NCBI GenBank assembly: GCA_945903645.1 | Contig: CAMDOM010000002.1 | Span: 36,237-100,236 of the forward strand | Origin: Chryseobacterium gleum | GTDB taxonomy: Bacteria; Bacteroidota; Bacteroidia; UBA10329 | Direction: 5' to 3' | DNA length: 64,000 nt | In this document: one piece after another, positions 28,858 through 37,303 of the stretch | Position numbering within the stretch: the stretch's first letter is position 1 | How the letters are laid out: the number at the start of each line of letters is the position of its first letter | The notes under the pieces: generated by a model | What the model saw: only the letters and a program-made list of their open reading frames with translations | Databases searched by the model: none | What the model was told of the DNA's origin: nothing | Program-made: the position numbers and the translations under genes

Positions 28858-29268
28858 CTACTTAGAACTTTCTAAAATCGCCTTGATATTAGGACGGAAA
28901 TAGAGTTCACTCTTCAATACTTTGCCATCTTCTCTATAAATTGGCAAACCATCAGCATCAAGTTTACTCATGTTGCTTCGGTGTATTTCATCGAAAACCG
29001 CAGCCATTTTGTGTTGCAATCCGTGCTTGCAAATCGTTCCAAAAAGGATGTACATCATATCTCCTAAAGCATCTGCAATCTCAACCAAATCGCCATTCTG
29101 ACATGCTGCGAGATACTCCTCATTTTCCTCCTTCATTAAGTTAAATCGAAGCATTGCATCTGCTTCACCAATATTGTGCTCGGGCAATTCCCGATTTCCA
29201 ATTCCAAAAATGCGGTGAAACTCATAAACCGCAGCTATTTTTTCTTGAAGTGTATGTTCAGTGTTCAT
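28858..29268 (-). CDS. MazG-like nucleoside triphosphate pyrophosphohydrolase
   Basis: LMKEENEEY, EIADALGD, EIHRSNMSK, REDGKVLK. Confidence 0.9.
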   Translation of the reverse strand: MNTEHTLQEKIAAVYEFHRIFGIGNRELPEHNIGEADAMLRFNLMKEENEEYLAACQNGDLVEIADALGDMMYILFGTICKHGLQHKMAAVFDEIHRSNMSKLDADGLPIYREDGKVLKSELYFRPNIKAILESSK

Positions 29269-29271
29269 TTC

Positions 29272-30039
29272 CTAATTGTACAGATATAAAATTCTACTAC
29301 TGCCTAAAGTGGACTCCTCCTTCGACTCCGAAAGCCTATTGTTAGAATCGTAAAAACATTCTAATCGGTTGGTAATCTGGCCAGTTGTATCGGTGAATTG
29401 AGACGATTCTAGATATTGTTCCTCTGAAAATTTCAATACCGCATTCCCTAAAGGCACGTAATTCGGATTGGCGTAATCTATCCTCACAATTCCACCGAAA
29501 TAATAACTATAGGTACTATATTGAATAAGGCTATCGTCCTGATTGAAGTAGGAAATACGGAAAAGCCTCCCATCATCTTCGTAGTATCGGTATTCCTGGT
29601 ATCGCACAAGAGATGCTCCATGAAAATGCTCCAATCGAACTCGTTTGTAATTCAAATAAGAGAAACAATGTGAGCTGTCTGCTGCACCAAAAACTATGCA
29701 TTCTAAACTATCGTTGCTCAAATAATGGTAGCTCCCAACTGTTGTGGTTCCATTTTCCAGACGTTCCACTTTAGCTTGCAACAAGCCATTGGAATAACGC
29801 TCAGTACTTGATTTTACGAGGTTGTCATTGCTGTCAAAAAAAGTCCGATTTACTGTTGAATCCCCAGAATAGGAATATTCTACATAACCTACTGGATTTC
29901 CGTTGCTGTAACGATACTCTCTACAAAGCTTTCCGCTATGCATTGTATCCCTAGAACATGGAATGATTTCATCAACGCCACATGACGTTAAAATCAAAAT
30001 GAAACTCGAAACCAGCGCTATGTCTAAGAAGTGCTTCAT
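29272..30039 (-). CDS. Hypothetical lipoprotein with Tyr-rich beta-hairpin (YD/MORN-like) repeats
   Basis: Lipobox LTSC; repeated YxY-(D/N)G units. Confidence 0.7.
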   Translation of the reverse strand: MKHFLDIALVSSFILILTSCGVDEIIPCSRDTMHSGKLCREYRYSNGNPVGYVEYSYSGDSTVNRTFFDSNDNLVKSSTERYSNGLLQAKVERLENGTTTVGSYHYLSNDSLECIVFGAADSSHCFSYLNYKRVRLEHFHGASLVRYQEYRYYEDDGRLFRISYFNQDDSLIQYSTYSYYFGGIVRIDYANPNYVPLGNAVLKFSEEQYLESSQFTDTTGQITNRLECFYDSNNRLSESKEESTLGSSRILYLYN

Positions 30040-30053
30040 TTGAAAATTTGCAT

Positions 30054-31712
30054 TTATAAAGCGATATCCACAAGTTGACGAGCATTACTTATGGCTGCAT
30101 CGGTAGGAGAATCGTTGCTCAGCATTTTTGCAATCTCCATCACCCTATCCTCTTTATCTAGAACGCGAATTCGTGTAATGGTTCGATTCGCATCTCCCTC
30201 TTTGTAGACAAACAAATGCTGCCTTCCTTTTGCGGCTATTTGAGGCAAATGAGTAATGCAGATTACCTGCATAAACGTGCTAAGTTCTTTAATCTTCAAC
30301 CCCATTTTATCGGCCACATCTCCAGACACACCCGTATCAATTTCATCAAATATCACAGTTGGAAGCTGCGCATTTCGGGCCATTTCGGCCTTGATAACTA
30401 ACATAAGCCGCGACAATTCACCACCGCTTGCCACCTTACTTATGTCTTGCAATGGCTGGCCTTTATTTGCAGAAAAAAGCACTTGAATAGTATCTGCGCC
30501 AAGTGCATTCATTTCGTTTGGTTGAATAGAGAATTGCACTACAGCATCGGGCATTCCAAGCTGATGAAGTTCTTTGGCCAACTTTTCACTTAGTCCAATT
30601 GCAATAGACTTACGCGCTTGGGTTAAAGCTTCAGCTTTCGCGACCAAATCAACTTGCAATTTATTTACCTCAGCTTTTAGTTTGTTCAATTCTTCATCTG
30701 AACGCTCTATTCCGCTAAGTTTCGCCTCCAAGTAGCCTGCAAAATCAAACAGTTCATCTTCATTCTGCTTGCGGTGCTTGTTCATTAAATGATAGATAGC
30801 ATCCAAACGTTCTTGCAATTGCTCCAATTCTTTGGGGTCCTCTTCTATTGTGGAAAGACTGCGATCTATTTCATCGTTAACATCTTCCAATTCAATGGCA
30901 GAACTTTTTATGCGTTGCGCCCAATCTTCGGCTTTGGAAAAATTCTTTGACAATCGCGCCACATCATTACCTAATTGACGCAAAGTATCAACCAGCGCTT
31001 GCTCGCCATTTGCCAATTGATTCGTAACCTTGGACAATGTGCTACTAATTTCACCCGCATGCTCTAAGGTTGCCAATCGCTCTAAAATTGCGGCCAATTC
31101 GCCTTTTACAAGTTGTAGTTCTTGAAATTCTTGAACTTGAAAACGCAAATAATCCTCTTCCGAGCGAAGTTGATTTGCCTCTTTCTCCAATTTGGATAAT
31201 GCTCTTTTCTTTTGACTCCAATTGTCATAAACAGTTGAAAAGTTGGCAAATGATTTTCCTTTATCCGAACAGGCATCCAAAAAACGTGCTCTGAAATCTG
31301 GCTCTTTTAATGTGTGAACTTCATGTTGCGAATGAAGATCAACCAAACAGTCCGCCAACTGCTTCAACTGAGGTAAATTGACCGGTGTATCATTAATAAA
31401 TGCTCGAGATTTGCCTTGCGCATTGATTTCGCGTCTGATAGTAGTAGTGGATTCTAAATCGATATCATTTTCTTCAAAAAAACTCTGAAGGAAAAAACCA
31501 TCTGTTGTGAATTCTGCCTCTACAACACATTTTGCGGTTTCATCGTAAAGCACAGACGAATCTGCTCGTTTACCCAATACAAGAGACAATGCGCCTAATA
31601 AAACTGACTTGCCAGCACCTGTTTCACCAGTTAAAATGGTGAGCCCCGGAAAGAATTCCACCTCCAAATCACTGATAATCGCATAGTTGCGTATGTGTAG
31701 GCGACTAAGCAT
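30054..31712 (-). CDS. recN: DNA repair protein RecN
   Basis: TGETGAGKS, SRAFIN, ASGGELSR, FDEIDTG, ITHLPQIAA. Confidence 0.97.
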   Translation of the reverse strand: MLSRLHIRNYAIISDLEVEFFPGLTILTGETGAGKSVLLGALSLVLGKRADSSVLYDETAKCVVEAEFTTDGFFLQSFFEENDIDLESTTTIRREINAQGKSRAFINDTPVNLPQLKQLADCLVDLHSQHEVHTLKEPDFRARFLDACSDKGKSFANFSTVYDNWSQKKRALSKLEKEANQLRSEEDYLRFQVQEFQELQLVKGELAAILERLATLEHAGEISSTLSKVTNQLANGEQALVDTLRQLGNDVARLSKNFSKAEDWAQRIKSSAIELEDVNDEIDRSLSTIEEDPKELEQLQERLDAIYHLMNKHRKQNEDELFDFAGYLEAKLSGIERSDEELNKLKAEVNKLQVDLVAKAEALTQARKSIAIGLSEKLAKELHQLGMPDAVVQFSIQPNEMNALGADTIQVLFSANKGQPLQDISKVASGGELSRLMLVIKAEMARNAQLPTVIFDEIDTGVSGDVADKMGLKIKELSTFMQVICITHLPQIAAKGRQHLFVYKEGDANRTITRIRVLDKEDRVMEIAKMLSNDSPTDAAISNARQLVDIAL

Positions 31713-31718
31713 GAAAAA

Positions 31719-32612
31719 TCACTGTTTCGTGATTTTCTGATACTTGGTAGAGTTCGAAGGATCCATCTCCATTAGCAATTGAGCTGCCTTTGTTTTTATA
31801 TCTGGCAATCCCTCCGAAAACACATTGGTCAGTTCGTCCGCTTTACCTGTAAAAAAGGTCTGCAACAAAAATGAGTTGGGCTGATCCTTACGAATTCGTT
31901 TCAACTCTGGAAGGCAGTCATAGATGGCTTTTCTACCACCTTCCTTGTCCTTCTGCATCACATCCAATCCCAAACGGTGATACCTGTAAATTACATTTCG
32001 GAAACCTTCGAAACGGGCATTCAATAAATTCTCAATAATCCAATAGCGATTTTTACTTCCATCAGCCGATTTCCAACCCCGCTCGGGTTCCTGCTGGGCA
32101 TTGTTTACGATTTGAAAGGCTTTCTGAAAATAAGGTTCACCACCTTTATCTGAAAAAGAATCGTAGTCTAAGCCGATTATTAAATAGGCATAATAGGCCA
32201 TTACCGAAGTGAGATTGCCTATATGTTGATTCTCCTGAAATTGAAGCTGTTGACTTTCAGTATAAATAAAAGTAAAGTCTTGATCGTTTATGTTGAGCGA
32301 AACACTATTGTAAGAAGAATTGAAAGCTGGCCTACTGGCTTGAATCTGAATTGTAGCTTTGAATTTATCACTTGATAACCGCTCAGAAACTGTAACTAAA
32401 ATACTACACTCAATGCGTTCTTCTTTCTTGAAATTATCGGTTGTCCATGCAGTAGAATTGAGAAACTCGCGCATGCTATTTTGCAAGGTCTCGAAAATTC
32501 GTTTTTCTGTATTTTGAACTTGCGGACTAATTACAGATACCGTACAATTCAACTCTTGAGCCCCAACCATGTTGGCAATTGCAAGCATTAAAATTGTAAT
32601 CGTATATCTCAT
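31719..32612 (-). CDS. DUF4835 family protein (PorD-like, T9SS associated)
   Basis: AQELNC.V, ERI.C, YYAY.IIG.DYDSF, NRYW, YHR.GLD; position between coaBC and recN. Confidence 0.8.
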   Translation of the reverse strand: MRYTITILMLAIANMVGAQELNCTVSVISPQVQNTEKRIFETLQNSMREFLNSTAWTTDNFKKEERIECSILVTVSERLSSDKFKATIQIQASRPAFNSSYNSVSLNINDQDFTFIYTESQQLQFQENQHIGNLTSVMAYYAYLIIGLDYDSFSDKGGEPYFQKAFQIVNNAQQEPERGWKSADGSKNRYWIIENLLNARFEGFRNVIYRYHRLGLDVMQKDKEGGRKAIYDCLPELKRIRKDQPNSFLLQTFFTGKADELTNVFSEGLPDIKTKAAQLLMEMDPSNSTKYQKITKQ

Positions 32613-33259
32613 AGCGAAGCTGAAACGAATTCAAGAACATCACTAGCAACCTGCGCTTTTGTCCTTAGCCCAAAAGTAGCGATATTCCCTTGCTTGTGCA
32701 GCAAGGTAACACGGTTAGTATCGTAACCAAAACCTGCACCTTCATCAGAAAGTGAGTTCAAAACAATCATATCGCAATTCTTTCGCTTCATTTTCTCCTT
32801 GGCATTCTCAAGTCCATTCTCGGTTTCCAATGCGAATCCCACCAAAAACTGGGGGGAAATTTTACGTCTACCAAGTTCAGCCAAAATATCTGGTGTTGCC
32901 TCTAACTCAATTGTCAGGCTAGTATTCGCTTTCTTTATTTTTTGCTGAGCTACGTTCTTGGGGCGATAATCTGCCACGGCAGCGCAGAGTAAAGCAATGT
33001 CAGCATCTTTAAACAATGGAACTGTGCAATCGTACATTTCTTGAGCTGAAACAACGTCCATTCTCTCAATGTTGGCACTTGATTTTATTGCGCTTGGTCC
33101 ACAAACTAATGTGACTTGAGCACCTTGTCGAGCGGCTTCCTCGGCAATCATTATTCCCATTTTTCCTGAAGAATGATTTCCAATAAAACGCACAGGATCA
33201 ATGGCTTCGTATGTTGGTCCTGCAGTAACCAATATCACCTTACCTTGCAATTTACTCAT
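32609..33259 (-). CDS. coaB: Phosphopantothenate-cysteine ligase (CoaB as a separate ORF)
   Basis: VTAGPT.E.IDPVRFIGN.SSGKMG, AAVADY, VGFALET; ATG at 33259 overlaps coaC stop. Confidence 0.9.
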   Translation of the reverse strand: MSKLQGKVILVTAGPTYEAIDPVRFIGNHSSGKMGIMIAEEAARQGAQVTLVCGPSAIKSSANIERMDVVSAQEMYDCTVPLFKDADIALLCAAVADYRPKNVAQQKIKKANTSLTIELEATPDILAELGRRKISPQFLVGFALETENGLENAKEKMKRKNCDMIVLNSLSDEGAGFGYDTNRVTLLHKQGNIATFGLRTKAQVASDVLEFVSASL

Positions 33260-33794
33260 GGAGAAGTTCGGCAATTTTATTCAATATCTCCTCAGGCTCA
33301 GACAATCGCCCATAACCATTAAGACCACTTGCCAATACACCTTCTCCCGGTCCAACTAAATGATTTCCAGATTCTTTTACCAATTTGATATTGCGTAAAA
33401 CCGCTGGATGCTGCCACATTTCTAAATCCATTGCTGGCGCTAAAAGAACAGGACATAATGCAGATAGATAGGTAATCGTTACCAAATTATCTGAAAACCC
33501 ATTGGCAATTTTGGCAAGACTATTGGCAGTAAGTGGCGCAATAATGAATAAATCTGCCCAATGCCCTAGCTCAACATGGTTGTGCCATTGACCAGTTGCA
33601 CTATCAATCATTTCGGAATACACTGGATTTCCAGACAACACAGACAACGTTGGTCGCGTCACAAAATCGAATGCTGATGGAGTGGCAATTACGCGCACTT
33701 CTGCACCAGCTTTAACAAGCAAACGAATAAGCAGGGGAACCTTGTAGGCTGCAATGCCACCTGTTATACCAACTAGAATTCGTTTCCCTTTCAT
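33252..33794 (-). CDS. coaC: Phosphopantothenoylcysteine decarboxylase (CoaC as a separate ORF)
   Basis: GITGGIAAYK, HVEL, AP.TAN, APAMD..M, G.LASG..G.GRL.EP. Confidence 0.9.
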   Translation of the reverse strand: MKGKRILVGITGGIAAYKVPLLIRLLVKAGAEVRVIATPSAFDFVTRPTLSVLSGNPVYSEMIDSATGQWHNHVELGHWADLFIIAPLTANSLAKIANGFSDNLVTITYLSALCPVLLAPAMDLEMWQHPAVLRNIKLVKESGNHLVGPGEGVLASGLNGYGRLSEPEEILNKIAELLHE

Positions 33795-33806
33795 CCGCCT
33801 TTATGC

Positions 33807-33836
33807 AAGAAGACCCAGCAATTGCCGGGTCTTCTT
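33807..33836. terminator. Strong hairpin between rpoZ and coaC (partial terminator or mRNA stabiliser)
   Basis: AAGAAGACCCAGCA-AT-TGCCGGGTCTTCTT. Confidence 0.6.
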
Positions 33837-33858
33837 TTAGTTATGAGAGTCATAAAAA

Positions 33859-34203
33859 TTAAACCTCTGAACCAGCAGCTATCACTTCTTTGGAAGGATT
33901 GCGATAGTATACTTTACCATCCAAATACTCTTGAATAGCAATAGAAACAGGTTTTGCCAAGCGCTCGTAGGTTTTAGAAACCTCAATTTGCTCACGGTTC
34001 TCGTAGATTTCTTCCAAGCTATCTGCTGGCTGAGCGAACTCTTCCAATTTGGCGTTAAGCTCTTCTTTTATTTCTGTACCAATCTGATTGGCACGTTTGC
34101 CCAAAATGGCAATTGTTTCGAAAATATTACCTGTTTCGCTCTCTAATTGAGCAATATCGCGGGTAATAGTGTTTCTTTTAGCTTGAGAATCTTTGTATTC
34201 CAT
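33859..34203 (-). CDS. rpoZ: RNA polymerase omega subunit, Bacteroidota type
   Basis: TGNIFE..AI.GKRANQI, ENREQIEVS..YE.L.KP; follows bamD. Confidence 0.9.
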   Translation of the reverse strand: MEYKDSQAKRNTITRDIAQLESETGNIFETIAILGKRANQIGTEIKEELNAKLEEFAQPADSLEEIYENREQIEVSKTYERLAKPVSIAIQEYLDGKVYYRNPSKEVIAAGSEV

Positions 34204-34204
34204 G

Positions 34205-35008
34205 TTAAAGTGATTTTATCTTTTGCAATTGTGTTTTACTATCGGCACTCACCTTATCCACATCTCTAGCATACGAAGTATCAGGATACTTTTCCATGTA
34301 AGAAATGCATTCGGCAATTGTTTCATTGTAGCGCTCCACTTGCTTCGATTCGATACTATTGAAAGCAAGCAAATAACCAGATTTAATAATCATAAACCCT
34401 AATTCCTCCCTGTGACGCGAATCCGGAAAGTCCTTAATCGTATTTCGGAGTGCAAAGATAGCAGCTTTATAGTCACCTAGGCGGTAATACAGTTTTGCAT
34501 GTTTATAGCTTTTGGCTTCCAATTTTGCACGCAAGCGATCCATCAAATCGTTGCACTCTGAAACGCGCTCGCTATTCGGATATCGGTTTACAAACAACTG
34601 AATTTCGTCAATTGCTTTGTAGGTGCTGGTCTGATCCAAACTTTCTTCTGGAGAATCCAAGAAGTAGCATTTGGCATTCATAAACTGCGCTTCCTCCGCA
34701 TTATCACTTCTTGGAAAGGTTTTTATGAAATTGTTAAAGTGATAGCCCGCAAGCATGTAATCTCCTAATCTATAATTACAATATGCGTAGAGATAATAGA
34801 CATCCTCGGCCTTACTCGTGCCACGAAACACCGTAATCAACTCTTCCAATAAAGGAAAAGCCTTTTGGTATTTACCGTTGTCGTAATACAATTTGGCCAC
34901 CTCATACTTTTTCTCAAAATCGTTGCTTTTGAGAATTTTCTGATACTTACAACCGCTATTAGCAATTGCTACTATGAGCAAACAGGCGGCTATGGCTTTT
35001 TTAAGCAT
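34205..35008 (-). CDS. bamD: Outer membrane assembly lipoprotein BamD
   Basis: Lipoprotein signal, TPR pattern, SP...LDQ..T.KAI..Q.F.N.YP.S. Confidence 0.92.
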   Translation of the reverse strand: MLKKAIAACLLIVAIANSGCKYQKILKSNDFEKKYEVAKLYYDNGKYQKAFPLLEELITVFRGTSKAEDVYYLYAYCNYRLGDYMLAGYHFNNFIKTFPRSDNAEEAQFMNAKCYFLDSPEESLDQTSTYKAIDEIQLFVNRYPNSERVSECNDLMDRLRAKLEAKSYKHAKLYYRLGDYKAAIFALRNTIKDFPDSRHREELGFMIIKSGYLLAFNSIESKQVERYNETIAECISYMEKYPDTSYARDVDKVSADSKTQLQKIKSL

Positions 35009-35145
35009 GGCTGCGAAATTAAGGATTTATCTCCTTTCTAGTAGTTGTCAATTTCGCTGTGCGTATTTGATGGGCAACTTTCTAGGAGAGAATTCATTTT
35101 AATGCCGTGTTCGGGTAATTTTGTATCATTAAATTTAACAAACTC

Positions 35146-36390
35146 ATGGATATTTTTGAACGTATTCGAACCAATCGTGGCCCATTAGGAACACATTCAA
35201 AGGAAGCTCATGGCTATTTCACTTTCCCGAAATTGGAAGGAGAAATAGGCAATAAAATGGTGTTTAGAGGTCGAGAACGCTTGGTGTGGAGCCTCAACAA
35301 CTATCTTGGATTGGCAAATCATCCCGAAGTCAGAAAAGCAGATGCACAAGGTGCTGCAGAATTTGGAATGGCTTCACCCATGGGAGCCCGGATGATGTCG
35401 GGAAATACTGACTATCACGAAAAACTTGAGCACGAATTGGCGGCCTTTGAGATGAAGGAATCTGCGATTTTACTCAATTTCGGGTACCAAGGAATGGTAT
35501 CTGCAATCGATGCTTTGGTAACTCGGCATGACGTTATTGTTTATGATGCTGAATCTCACGCTTGCATTTTAGATGGTGTCCGGTTGCACATGGGCAAACG
35601 CTTTGTTTATCCTCACAACGATATTTCAAATCTTGAAAAACAGCTTCAACGAGCAACAAAACTTACGCAAGAAACTGGTGGTGGAATTTTAGTTATTACT
35701 GAAGGTGTTTTTGGTATGTCGGGTGCTCAAGGCAAATTGAAAGAGATTGTTGCATTGAAAAAACAATACGATTTTCGATTGTTTGTTGATGATGCACATG
35801 GTTTCGGTACACAAGGAGCTACTGGTGCTGGCACTGGCGAAGGTCAAGGTGTTCAAGATGGAATTGATCTTTACTTCGGCACATTTGCAAAAAGCATGGC
35901 AAGTATTGGCGGATTTATAGCTGGAACCGAAAACGTAATTGACTTCTTACGCTACAATATGCGTTCTCAAATTTTTGCTAAAAGTCTTCCCATGCCACTG
36001 GTTATCGGAGCGTTGAAACGATTGGAATTGCTGCGCAACGAACCTAAACTTCGTGAAGATTTGTGGACAATCGTTCGGGCCCTTCAAAAAGGGCTGACAG
36101 AAGCTGGATTTGAAATTGGCAATACGGAATCGTGTGTAACGCCCGTTTATTTGAATGGAACTATTCCCGAAGCTACTGCAATGATTTTCGATTTAAGGGA
36201 AAATTATGACATATTCTGCTCTATGGTAGTGTATCCCGTGGTGCCGAAAGGAATTATTCTTCTTCGTTTAATTCCAACTGCTGTGCATACATTAGAAGAT
36301 GTGCGTTACACCATAGAAACTTTCACCAAAGTGCGCGGATTTCTTGAATCTGGAAAATATCAGGTGGACAAAATTGCTTCTCACGCATAA
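35146..36390 (+). CDS. PLP-dependent alpha-oxoamine synthase, most like the sulfonolipid cysteate acyltransferase (CapB/SulA) clade
   Basis: NNYLGL, HAC, TEGVFGM, DDAHGFG, TFAKS; clade features GPLG...GYF.FPKLEG, PMGARMMSG, LNFGYQG. Confidence 0.8.
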   Translation: MDIFERIRTNRGPLGTHSKEAHGYFTFPKLEGEIGNKMVFRGRERLVWSLNNYLGLANHPEVRKADAQGAAEFGMASPMGARMMSGNTDYHEKLEHELAAFEMKESAILLNFGYQGMVSAIDALVTRHDVIVYDAESHACILDGVRLHMGKRFVYPHNDISNLEKQLQRATKLTQETGGGILVITEGVFGMSGAQGKLKEIVALKKQYDFRLFVDDAHGFGTQGATGAGTGEGQGVQDGIDLYFGTFAKSMASIGGFIAGTENVIDFLRYNMRSQIFAKSLPMPLVIGALKRLELLRNEPKLREDLWTIVRALQKGLTEAGFEIGNTESCVTPVYLNGTIPEATAMIFDLRENYDIFCSMVVYPVVPKGIILLRLIPTAVHTLEDVRYTIETFTKVRGFLESGKYQVDKIASHA

Positions 36391-36419
36391 TTTTCTTTTA
36401 GCTCAATTAAAACGTACAA

Positions 36420-37244
36420 ATGAAGAAGCTTCGCGTATTAATTCCAACAGATTTCTCAGTACTTGCCAGAAAGGCTGCGGTTTACGCACACCAACTTTCT
36501 CAAAATTTGGATGCGGAGTACGTGCTGCTGCATTGTGACGATAAATTGAGACCCACCTATGCTTTGGTAAACCACTTAGACGATGACATTCGCAAGGAAG
36601 CCATGAAAACCTTGCATGAATTGGCCATTTCTATCCAAGTGGAAACCGGTCTTCCCGCACCAATAAAAGTTGACTTTTTAGTTGGAGATTCTATTTCTTC
36701 GTTAGAGAAATATTCGAAAGACCATCACATTGATATGGTTGTGATGGGAACAAAAGGCGAATCGGTTATCAAAAACAAATTGTTTGGTTCGGTGGCAAGT
36801 GGTGTTATGGAAAATGTTTCGTGCCCCATTTTGTTTGTTCCAGCTATCGCAGAAATTGAAATTCCTAGAAACATCGCTTTTGCCACTGACCTCACCAATT
36901 TGGATGAGGAAATAATGGAGTTGATTGCCTTTGCTCAATTCTTCACCGCAACAATTCATGTGGTGCATGTGTATCCCGACATAATTGAGCCTGACACATT
37001 TGATGAAGAAACTACGCAACTTGCGTTGATTGCCTCTACGCACTATCCAAACATCACGTTTAATGCGGTGATGGACTCGGATATAATTGGTGGAATAAAT
37101 CGTTTCATAGAATCGGATAAGCCTGACATGCTCGCCATGTTCACCTACAAGACGGGAATTCTGGAGTATCTGTTTAACGAAAGCATCAGTGAGGAATTAG
37201 TTGGACATAGCACCAAACCACTGTTGGTGCTGCGCAAAGGGTAA
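36420..37244 (+). CDS. Universal stress protein (tandem USP domains)
   Basis: LIPTDFS, DMVVMGTKG, FGSVA, CPILFVP, IAFATD, PLLVL. Confidence 0.9.
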   Translation: MKKLRVLIPTDFSVLARKAAVYAHQLSQNLDAEYVLLHCDDKLRPTYALVNHLDDDIRKEAMKTLHELAISIQVETGLPAPIKVDFLVGDSISSLEKYSKDHHIDMVVMGTKGESVIKNKLFGSVASGVMENVSCPILFVPAIAEIEIPRNIAFATDLTNLDEEIMELIAFAQFFTATIHVVHVYPDIIEPDTFDEETTQLALIASTHYPNITFNAVMDSDIIGGINRFIESDKPDMLAMFTYKTGILEYLFNESISEELVGHSTKPLLVLRKG

Positions 37245-37303
37245 AATCCAATTTCCTCAATAATTGTATCGAAGAACGAAGCTTTTCAGCAAAGTTTGAA
37301 GAA

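Noticed and set aside
29272-30039. RHS toxin or toxin-antitoxin pair with the MazG-like gene
   Set aside because: Short lipoprotein without RHS core or toxin tip; the MazG-like protein is the common housekeeping type
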